Assembly (NCBI GenBank): GCA_017302035.1
Contig: JAFLEA010000002.1
Location: 14,011 to 78,010 of the forward strand
Source of the DNA: Lysobacterales bacterium
GTDB lineage: Bacteria > Pseudomonadota > Gammaproteobacteria > Xanthomonadales > Xanthomonadaceae
DNA length: 64,000 bases
Reading direction: 5' to 3'
Shown here: in pieces, positions 43,208-50,429 of the stretch
How the letters are laid out: each line of letters opens with the position of its first letter
Position numbering within the stretch: the first letter of the stretch is position 1
The notes under the pieces: model-generated
Told to the model about the DNA's origin: nothing
The model's database searches: none
The model's input: the letters and a program-made list of their open reading frames with translations, nothing else
Translations under genes and position numbers: made by a program

Positions 43208-43240
43208 CCGCGGCGGCCCGGCATCCCCGGGCCGCCGCGG
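43208..43240 (+). terminator. 14-bp perfect GC hairpin after rpsA, with no U-tract
   Basis: CCGCGGCGGCCCGG (43208-43221) is the exact reverse complement of CCGGGCCGCCGCGG (43227-43240), with a 5-nt loop. Confidence 0.5.
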
Positions 43241-43286
43241 CCTGCAACGTGCATCCAGCCAAGCCCCACATCCAGCCAAGCCTGAG

Positions 43287-43601
43287 ATGACCAAGTCCGA
43301 ACTGATCGAGATCCTGGCCCGTCGCCAGTCGCACCTTAAGGCCGAGGACGTGGACCTCGCCGTCAAGGCGTTGCTGGAAATGATGGGCGGCGCGCTCGCC
43401 ACGGGCGAACGCATCGAGATTCGCGGCTTCGGCAGTTTTTCCCTGCATTACCGCCCGCCGCGCCTGGGACGCAATCCCAAGACCGGCGATTCGGTCGCGT
43501 TGCCGGGCAAGCACGTGCCGCACTTCAAGCCGGGCAAGGAACTGCGCGAGAAGGTCAGCGACGTGCAGCCAGCCCCGGTCTCCGCCGACGAAGGCGCCTG
43601 A
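43287..43601 (+). CDS. ihfB: Integration host factor beta subunit
   Basis: It contains [10 protein letters not shown]......L...DV..AVK.LLE.M...[42 protein letters not shown]. Confidence 0.94.
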   Translation: MTKSELIEILARRQSHLKAEDVDLAVKALLEMMGGALATGERIEIRGFGSFSLHYRPPRLGRNPKTGDSVALPGKHVPHFKPGKELREKVSDVQPAPVSADEGA

Positions 43602-43662
43602 TCGGCTCGCCGGCCGGGTGCCGGTCCGTTAAGCTTTGCCGGATTTCCGCAGGAACCGCGAC

Positions 43663-43959
43663 ATGGCCATTCTTCGCCTGCTGCTGCTGGTCGCCTTCCT
43701 TGCCGCCGGCCTGGTGCTCGGTTCGCTGAATCCGCAGCGCATCGTGCTGGACTTCGGCATTGCCGAAGTGGTGACCACCACCGGTATCGCGGTGACCGTC
43801 GCGCTGCTGGCCGGCGTGCTTCTCGGCGGCGGCCTGGTCCTGGTCACCAGCGTGCTGCCGCTGCGGGCACGCCTGGGACGGGCCAGCCGCGCTGCCGCTG
43901 CCAGCGCCGCGGCCATGCCGGAACCCGCGCCGCCGCGCATCCCTTACCAAGGAACCTGA
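43663..43959 (+). CDS. lapA: LapA-family (YciS/DUF1049) inner-membrane protein
   Basis: It has two TM helices (ILRLLLLVAFLAAGLVLGSLN... and GIAVTVALLAGVLLGGGLVLV) and sits directly upstream of lapB. ATG 43663 was chosen. Confidence 0.7.
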   Translation: MAILRLLLLVAFLAAGLVLGSLNPQRIVLDFGIAEVVTTTGIAVTVALLAGVLLGGGLVLVTSVLPLRARLGRASRAAAASAAAMPEPAPPRIPYQGT

Positions 43960-43962
43960 GCC

Positions 43963-45141
43963 GTGGAATTCCTCAACGAGTGGTTCTGGTTCATCCTGCT
44001 GCTGCCGCTGGCCGCGCTGACCGGCTGGGTGGTGGGCCGGCGTGGTGGCCAGCGCCACGGCGATACCCAGGTCAGCCGCCTGTCCAGCACCTATTTCCGC
44101 GGCCTGAACTACCTGCTCAACGAACAGCCGGACAAGGCGATCGAACTGTTCCTGCACATCGCCGAGCTGGACAAGGAAACCTTCGAGACCCAGGTCGCCC
44201 TGGGCCACCTGTTCCGTCGCCGTGGCGAGGTGGACCGCGCCATCCGCCTGCACCAGGGCCTGGTCCAGCGCAACGACCTGAGCGACCAGCAGCGGGTCCT
44301 GGCCCTGCTGGCGCTGGGCGAGGACTACATGAAGTCCGGCCTGCTGGACCGCGCCGAGACCGTGTTCACCGACCTGGCCCGGATCGACGAGCGCGCGCCG
44401 CAGGCGCTCAAGCACCTGCTCGGCATCTACCAGGCCGAGCGCGACTGGGAGCGGGCGATCGACAACGCGACCCGCTACGAGGAAGTCACCGGCGAGCCGA
44501 TGGGCAAGCTCGTCTCGCAGTTCGAGTGCGAGCTGGCCGAGCGCCACCGCGCCAACGGCGACCTGGCCGCCGCACGCGCGGCGATCGCACGGGCCTACCA
44601 GGCCGATGCCACCAGCGTGCGCGCAGGCATCCTGGAAGGCCGGATCGAGGCCGATTCGGGCAATCCGTATGGGGCCATCCGCGCCTACGAGCGTGCCGCG
44701 CGCCACGATCCCGACTACCTGCCCGAGTTCCTGCCCAGCCTGCTGGCCTGCTATGGCGAAGTCGGCGACAACGCCGGCGCGCGTGCGTTCCTGGCCGAGA
44801 TGAGCGAGCACTACCGCGGCATCGCCCCGGTGCTGGCCCTGACCCGGCTGATCGAAGGCCAGGAGGGCGCCCATGCCGCGCGCGACTACCTCGGCCGGCA
44901 ACTGAAGGACCGGCCTTCGGTGCGCGGCGAGGCGGCGCTGATCGACCTGACCCTGGCGGTGGGTGCCGACAGCACCGCGACCCTGCACGACCTCAAGCAC
45001 ATCACCGACCAGCTGCTGGTGCGCAACCCAAGCTACCGCTGCACGCGCTGCGGTTTCGGTGCGCGCACCCACCATTGGCAATGCCCGAGCTGCAAGGAGT
45101 GGGGCACGGTCAAGCCGCTGCTGAACTACGCGGTGGTGTGA
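43963..45141 (+). CDS. lapB: LPS assembly protein LapB (YciM)
   Basis: It has an N-terminal TM helix, TPR repeats and a C-terminal rubredoxin-like YRCTRCGF....HHWQCPSCKEWGTVKP. The start codon is GTG. Confidence 0.88.
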   Translation: MEFLNEWFWFILLLPLAALTGWVVGRRGGQRHGDTQVSRLSSTYFRGLNYLLNEQPDKAIELFLHIAELDKETFETQVALGHLFRRRGEVDRAIRLHQGLVQRNDLSDQQRVLALLALGEDYMKSGLLDRAETVFTDLARIDERAPQALKHLLGIYQAERDWERAIDNATRYEEVTGEPMGKLVSQFECELAERHRANGDLAAARAAIARAYQADATSVRAGILEGRIEADSGNPYGAIRAYERAARHDPDYLPEFLPSLLACYGEVGDNAGARAFLAEMSEHYRGIAPVLALTRLIEGQEGAHAARDYLGRQLKDRPSVRGEAALIDLTLAVGADSTATLHDLKHITDQLLVRNPSYRCTRCGFGARTHHWQCPSCKEWGTVKPLLNYAVV

Positions 45142-46133
45142 TGCCGCTGGCGGCCTGGCTGGCGCTGCACGCAGGGATATCGGCGCTGGCGACCTGGCTG
45201 GCGCTGGCCTATGCGCGACGCCGCAACTTGATCGACCACCCCGGCGAGCGCCGCAGTCATGCCGTGGCCACGCCACGCGGCGGCGGGATCGGGATCGCCA
45301 TTGCGTTGCTGGCCGGTTGCGCGCTCCTGCCCGCCACCGGCCGTGGCCCGACGATGGCGATGGCAAGCTTCGCGACCGGCCTGGTGCTGGTCGCAGGGAT
45401 CGGCTGGATCGACGACCACCGCCCGCTGTCGCCCTGGCTGCGGCTGGCGGTGCAGTGCCTGGCCGGTGCGCTGCTGGCGTGGGGCATGCACGGGGTTGAG
45501 GGCCGCTGGGGTTGGGCGCTGCTGACCCTGGGTCTGGTGCCGGTGCTGGTCAATGTCTGGAACTTCATGGACGGGATCGACGGCCTGGCGGCGAGCCAGG
45601 CGATGCTCGCCGCCGTGGCCTGCGCTTGGCTGGCGCCCGGCATCGCGCCGCTCGCGCTGGCGCTGGCGGTCGCCTGTGCGGCTTTCCTGCCGTTCAACTT
45701 CCCGCATGCGCGGATCTTCCTCGGCGACGCGGGCAGCGGGACGCTCGGCTATGCGCTGGCCGCGCTGGTCGCCGGGGCGGCGCCCGAGTTGGGAGTGCCC
45801 ATGGCGGCATTGCTGCTGCTGCCGCTGTCGGCGTTCCTGGTCGATGCGTCGCTGACCCTCGTGTCGCGGGTCGCGGCGGGCGAGCGGTGGTGGCAACCGC
45901 ACGTCTCGCACGTCTACCAGCGCTGGGTCAGGACAGGCCGCAGTCACGCATTTGTGACCAGCGTCTACGTGGCATTCACGCTGGCGGCTATAGTATCCGG
46001 CGCGTTCCTGCACAACGCGGGACCGTGGCCTGCAACAGTAGGCGTGATGCTATGGTTGGCGTGCGCGGTACCGGTGTGGGCCGGCCTGCGGCGCCGGATG
46101 GTTCCGGGCAAGGTCGGCCAAGAGGACGCATGA
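45141..46133 (+). CDS. Glycosyltransferase family 4 polyprenyl-phosphate HexNAc-1-phosphate transferase (WbpL/WecA-like)
   Basis: It contains RRNLIDHPGERRSH...TPRGGGIG, WIDD, NFMDGIDGLA and FLGDAGS, the MraY/WecA-family motifs. The ATG overlaps the lapB TGA (TGATG). Confidence 0.85.
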   Translation: MPLAAWLALHAGISALATWLALAYARRRNLIDHPGERRSHAVATPRGGGIGIAIALLAGCALLPATGRGPTMAMASFATGLVLVAGIGWIDDHRPLSPWLRLAVQCLAGALLAWGMHGVEGRWGWALLTLGLVPVLVNVWNFMDGIDGLAASQAMLAAVACAWLAPGIAPLALALAVACAAFLPFNFPHARIFLGDAGSGTLGYALAALVAGAAPELGVPMAALLLLPLSAFLVDASLTLVSRVAAGERWWQPHVSHVYQRWVRTGRSHAFVTSVYVAFTLAAIVSGAFLHNAGPWPATVGVMLWLACAVPVWAGLRRRMVPGKVGQEDA

Positions 46134-48073
46134 ATCAGGGATCGAAATCCGCTGTCCTGACCCGCGCCGCGATCGTGCTCCACGATCTGCTGATGGTCTA
46201 CGTCTGCTGGCAGCTGCTGCACGTGCTGCGCTACGCGATCAGGCAGGAAAGCTGGCCGTTGTTCGATTTCTCGCCGACCATCGCCTGGGTGCTGGTCGCC
46301 CAGGGGCTGGTGTTCTGGCGGGTTGGCCTGTATCGCGGCCTGTGGCGCTTCGCCAGCGTCCCGGACCTTTGGAACATCCTCAAGGCCGCGCTGCTGGGCC
46401 TGGTCGCCATCATCCTCGGGCTGGCCGTGTACAACCGGCTGGGCGCGGTGCCGCGGACCGTGCTGATCGTCTATCCCTTCGCCCTGACCGCGCTGCTCGG
46501 CCTGCCGCGGCTGCTGTACCGGGTCTGGAAGGACCACATCGGCCAACGCGACCTCACCGCCGCCCGGCGCGTGCTGATCCTCGGCGCGGGCCGCGCGGCC
46601 GAGGCGCTGGTGCGCGACCTGCGCCGTTCCGGCGCGTTCGAGCCGGTGGGCTTCCTCGACGACGCCCCGCGGCTGCGCGGTTCGCGCCTACACAGCCTGC
46701 CCGTGCTGGGACGGCTGGAGGATGCGCCGACGGTGGCCAGGGAAACCGCCGCGGGCATGCTCGTCATCGCCATGCCCTCGCTGGACGCGGCGGCGATGCA
46801 GCGGGTCATGGCGATCTGCGAGCGCACCGGGCTCCCATTCCGCACCGTGCCGAGCCTGATCGACGTGCTCGAAGGACAGGCGCTGCCGGGCGAACTGAAG
46901 GAAGTGGCGATCGAGGATCTGCTCGGACGCAAGCCGGTGACGCCGGACTGGAAGCTGATCCGCGGCTGGCTGGGCGGGCGGGCGGTGCTGGTCACCGGCG
47001 CCGGTGGCTCGATCGGTTCGGAGCTGTGCCGGCAGTGCGCACGCCATGGCGCGCGCAAGATCGTGTTGCTGGAGCAGGACGAACTGGCGCTGATTACCAT
47101 CCACGACGACCTGCACCGGGCCTTCCCGGGCCTGAAGATCGATGCGGTGCTGGGCGATTGCGGCGATCCTGCGGTGATCGCCCATGCCCTGCGCCTGGGC
47201 CAGCCCGAGGCGGTGTTCCATGCCGCGGCCTACAAGCAGGTGCCGTTGCTGGAAGCGCAGGTGCGCGAGGCGGTGCGCAACAACGTGCTGGCCACCGATA
47301 CCGTCGCCCGGCTGTGCCGCGAACAGGGGGTGGACACGTTCGTGTTCATTTCCACCGACAAGGCGGTGGATCCGGCCAACGTGCTGGGCGCGACCAAGCG
47401 GTTCGCCGAGATGATCGCCCAGTCCCTGGATGCGAAGGACAGCGGTACCCGCTTCGTCACGGTGCGCTTCGGCAACGTGCTCGATTCGGCCGGCAGCGTG
47501 GTCCCGCTGTTCCGCGAGCAGATCCGCAAGGGCGGGCCGGTGACGGTCACCGATCCGGAAGTGACCCGCTACTTCATGACCATTCCCGAGGCCTGCCAGC
47601 TGATCGTGCAGGCGGCCGCGGCCGGTTCGCACGCGGCGATCTACACCCTGGACATGGGCGAGCCGGTGCCGATCCGTCTGCTTGCCCAGCAAATGATCCG
47701 GCTGGCCGGCAAGCAGCCCGGACGCGACATCGCCATCGTCTACACCGGGCTGCGTCCCGGCGAGAAACTGCACGAGACGCTGTTCCACGAGGACGAGCAC
47801 TACCGGCCGACCACGCATTCCAAGATCCTGGAGGCGGTGGCGCGCGAGTCCTCGGCCGAGCAGGTCCGGGTCGGCGTCGAGCGCCTGCGCGACGCGGTCG
47901 CGCGCTACGACGAGGCCATGCTCCAGCAGGTGTTGCGCGAGGTGATCCCGGAGTTCGTCCCGGCCGAGGAGGCGGAAGCGGCGTCCGTTCCGCACGAGGC
48001 CGTGGACGCGGCGCCCGTTCCGGCCGCGACGGTGGTTCCGTTCTCCCCGCGCGAGGCCAGAAGCACGCGATGA
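46130..48073 (+). CDS. Membrane-bound nucleotide-sugar 4,6-dehydratase/epimerase (WbpM/CapD/PglF family)
   Basis: It has N-terminal TM helices, two Rossmann regions (VLILGAGRAAEAL; VLVTGAGGSIGSEL) and AAAYKQVPLLE (YxxxK). The ATG overlaps the previous stop (ATGA). Confidence 0.88.
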   Translation: MNQGSKSAVLTRAAIVLHDLLMVYVCWQLLHVLRYAIRQESWPLFDFSPTIAWVLVAQGLVFWRVGLYRGLWRFASVPDLWNILKAALLGLVAIILGLAVYNRLGAVPRTVLIVYPFALTALLGLPRLLYRVWKDHIGQRDLTAARRVLILGAGRAAEALVRDLRRSGAFEPVGFLDDAPRLRGSRLHSLPVLGRLEDAPTVARETAAGMLVIAMPSLDAAAMQRVMAICERTGLPFRTVPSLIDVLEGQALPGELKEVAIEDLLGRKPVTPDWKLIRGWLGGRAVLVTGAGGSIGSELCRQCARHGARKIVLLEQDELALITIHDDLHRAFPGLKIDAVLGDCGDPAVIAHALRLGQPEAVFHAAAYKQVPLLEAQVREAVRNNVLATDTVARLCREQGVDTFVFISTDKAVDPANVLGATKRFAEMIAQSLDAKDSGTRFVTVRFGNVLDSAGSVVPLFREQIRKGGPVTVTDPEVTRYFMTIPEACQLIVQAAAAGSHAAIYTLDMGEPVPIRLLAQQMIRLAGKQPGRDIAIVYTGLRPGEKLHETLFHEDEHYRPTTHSKILEAVARESSAEQVRVGVERLRDAVARYDEAMLQQVLREVIPEFVPAEEAEAASVPHEAVDAAPVPAATVVPFSPREARSTR

Positions 48074-48972
48074 GTCACGGGCGCATCCGCAAGGCCGTCT
48101 TCCCCGTCGCCGGGCTCGGCACGCGCTTCCTCCCGGCGACCAAGACCGTTCCCAAGGAAATGCTGCCGATCATCGACCGGCCGCTGATCCAGTACGCGGT
48201 GGACGAGGCGATCGAGGCCGGCTGCGACACCCTGGTGTTCGTCACCAACCGCTACAAGCACGCGGTGGCCGACTATTTCGACAAGGCCTACGAACTGGAG
48301 CAGAAGCTCGAGCGCGCCGGCAAGGCCGAGCAACTGGAACTGGTCCGGAACGTGCTGCCGGAGGGCGTGCGTGCGGTGTTCGTGACCCAGGCCGAGGCGC
48401 TGGGCCTGGGTCACGCGGTGCTGTGCGCCAGGCCGATCGTCGGCGATGAGCCGTTCGCGGTGCTGCTGCCCGACGACCTGATCTGGAACCGCGGCGCCGG
48501 CGCGCTGAAGCAGATGGCCGACGCGGCGCAGGCCAGCGGCGCGAGCGTGATCGCGGTGGAGGACGTGCCGGCGGAGAGCACCGGCAGCTACGGCATCGTC
48601 GCCACCGACACGTTCGACGGGCGCCAGGGCCGGATCCGGCGGATCGTCGAGAAGCCGGCACCCGCCGATGCTCCCAGCAACCTCGCCGTCGTGGGCCGCT
48701 ACGTGCTGAGCCCGCGCATCTTCGAGTTGCTGGAAGCGGTCACACCCGGCGCCGGCGGAGAGATCCAGCTGACCGACGCGATCGCCGCATTGCTGGCCGA
48801 GGCGCCGGTATACGCCTACCGATTCCAGGGAACCCGTTTCGACTGCGGTACCCACATCGGCCTGATCGAAGCCACGATCCGCTATGCCCTGGACCACGAG
48901 AAGCTCAGTGACCCGGCGCGGGACATGATGCAGCGCGCCCTGGGCGAACTGGGCGTGCGCGAGCGGGATTGA
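48070..48972 (+). CDS. galU: UTP-glucose-1-phosphate uridylyltransferase
   Basis: It contains KAVFPVAGLGTRFLPATKTVPKEMLPI.D.PLIQY.V.EA, LGHAVLCA and VEKP. The ATG overlaps the previous stop (ATGA). Confidence 0.92.
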   Translation: MSHGRIRKAVFPVAGLGTRFLPATKTVPKEMLPIIDRPLIQYAVDEAIEAGCDTLVFVTNRYKHAVADYFDKAYELEQKLERAGKAEQLELVRNVLPEGVRAVFVTQAEALGLGHAVLCARPIVGDEPFAVLLPDDLIWNRGAGALKQMADAAQASGASVIAVEDVPAESTGSYGIVATDTFDGRQGRIRRIVEKPAPADAPSNLAVVGRYVLSPRIFELLEAVTPGAGGEIQLTDAIAALLAEAPVYAYRFQGTRFDCGTHIGLIEATIRYALDHEKLSDPARDMMQRALGELGVRERD

Positions 48973-49023
48973 TCTGTCGCTCGGGCTGGACTGCGAATAG
49001 CCGAAAGGCGCCGATTCCGGGAT

Positions 49024-49133
49024 GGGGCCATCGCTGCAAGGGCACCGCATCCGCCGCGGGCGCGCGCTGTCCCTGCTCCAATACGCGGGCGCGGTACACC
49101 CTGTACTGCTCGAACGCGATCCCTTGCAGCGAC
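49024..49133 (+). repeat. Copy A of the ~110-nt imperfect palindromic intergenic repeat
   Basis: The outer arms TCGCTGCAAGGG (49031-49042) and CCCTTGCAGCGA (49121-49132) are exact reverse complements. The centre is GGTACACCCTGTAC. It aligns with copy C through ACGCGGGCG(C/T)GGTACA..CCTGTAC(T/C)GCTCG and with copy B (rc) through a 16-nt identical core. Confidence 0.65.
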
Positions 49134-49154
49134 GTCCTCTGCGGGTGTCAGGCC

Positions 49155-49189
49155 AAAAGCGAACGGCGCCACTGCGGGCGCCGTTCGCT
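49155..49189 (-). terminator. Rho-independent terminator of fadA
   Basis: AGCGAACGGCGCC (49158-49170) pairs with GGCGCCGTTCGCT (49177-49189) as a 13-bp perfect stem. On the minus strand it is followed by TTTTGG. Confidence 0.72.
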
Positions 49190-49215
49190 GATTCCGCTCC
49201 GGGAAGCCGGGAGGC

Positions 49216-50418
49216 TCAGAGCGATTCGAAGACGCCCGCCGCGCCCATGCCGGTGCCGATGCACATGGTCACCATGCCGTACTTCTGCCCGCGCCGGCGC
49301 AGGCCGTGCACCAAGGTGGCGGTGCGGATCGCGCCGGTGGCGCCCAGCGGGTGGCCCAGGGCGATCGCACCGCCCAGCGGGTTGACCTTGGCCGGATCCA
49401 GCTCGCAATCGCGCATCACCGCCAATGCCTGCGCGGCGAAGGCCTCGTTGAGCTCGATCCAGTCCAGCTGGTCCTTGCCCAGGCCTGCCTGCCTGAGGGC
49501 CTTGGGGATCGCCGCGATCGGGCCGATGCCCATCACTTCCGGGCGCACCCCGGCCACCGAGAAGCTGACGAAGCGGGCGAGGGGAGTCAGCCCGTAGTCC
49601 TTGAGCGCTTGTCCGGAGGCCAGCAGCACCGCCGCGGCGCCGTCGCTCATCTGCGAGGAGTTGCCGGCGGTGACGCTGCCGCCGAACTGGCCGTTGCGGA
49701 ACACCGGACGCAGCCGGGCCAGGCCTTCCAGCGAGGTGTCCGCGCGCGGGCCCTCGTCGGTGTCGACCAGCCTCTTTCTGAGCTGGACGGTGTTCCCGGC
49801 CAGGTCGGGAACGTGCGACAGCACCTCGTAGGGGCTGATTTCCTCGCGGAACTCGCCTGCGGCGATGGCAGCCAGCGCCTTGCGGTGCGATTCCACCGCG
49901 AAGGCATCCTGCGCTTCACGCGAAATCTTCCATTCCGCGGCGACCTTCTCGGCGGTGATGCCCATGCCGTAGGCGATCGCCACGTGATCGGGGAACACGT
50001 TCGGCGACAGCGCGACCTTGTTGCCCATCATCGGCACCATCGACATCGATTCGGTGCCGCCGGCCAGCATCAGGTCGGCGTTGCCCAGGCGGATCTGGTC
50101 GGCGGCCAGGGCCACGGCCTGCAGGCCGGAAGAGCAGAAGCGGTTGACGGTCTGCGCGGCCACGGTGTCCGGCAGCCCGGCCAGCAGCACGCCGATCCGG
50201 GCCACGTTCATGCCTTGCTCGCCCTCGGGCATGGCGCAGCCGATGATCGCGTCGTCGATGCGCGAGGTGTCGATGCCCGGCGCCTGCGCGACCACGGCCT
50301 TGAGCACGTGGGCCAGCATGTCGTCCGGGCGGGTGTTGCGGAACACGCCCTTGGGCGCCTTGCCCACAGGGGTGCGGGTGGCTGCGACGATGTAGGCGTC
50401 CTGGATTTGCTTGCTCAT
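49216..50418 (-). CDS. fadA: Acetyl-CoA C-acyltransferase (3-ketoacyl-CoA thiolase)
   Basis: It contains VNRFCSSGLQAV (active-site Cys), NEAFAAQ and a GAIALGHPLGATG...CIGTGMG thiolase signature. ATG 50418 was chosen. Confidence 0.9.
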   Translation of the reverse strand: MSKQIQDAYIVAATRTPVGKAPKGVFRNTRPDDMLAHVLKAVVAQAPGIDTSRIDDAIIGCAMPEGEQGMNVARIGVLLAGLPDTVAAQTVNRFCSSGLQAVALAADQIRLGNADLMLAGGTESMSMVPMMGNKVALSPNVFPDHVAIAYGMGITAEKVAAEWKISREAQDAFAVESHRKALAAIAAGEFREEISPYEVLSHVPDLAGNTVQLRKRLVDTDEGPRADTSLEGLARLRPVFRNGQFGGSVTAGNSSQMSDGAAAVLLASGQALKDYGLTPLARFVSFSVAGVRPEVMGIGPIAAIPKALRQAGLGKDQLDWIELNEAFAAQALAVMRDCELDPAKVNPLGGAIALGHPLGATGAIRTATLVHGLRRRGQKYGMVTMCIGTGMGAAGVFESL

Positions 50419-50429
50419 GGCGGTATCCC

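Noticed and set aside
43980-45140. The N-terminal 387 codons of the 717-aa ORF (43980-46133), which would fuse an extension onto the GT4 transferase.
   Set aside because: That part is an out-of-frame shadow of lapB (Arg/Pro/Gly-rich). The GT4 motifs begin only after ATG 45141, which overlaps the lapB stop.
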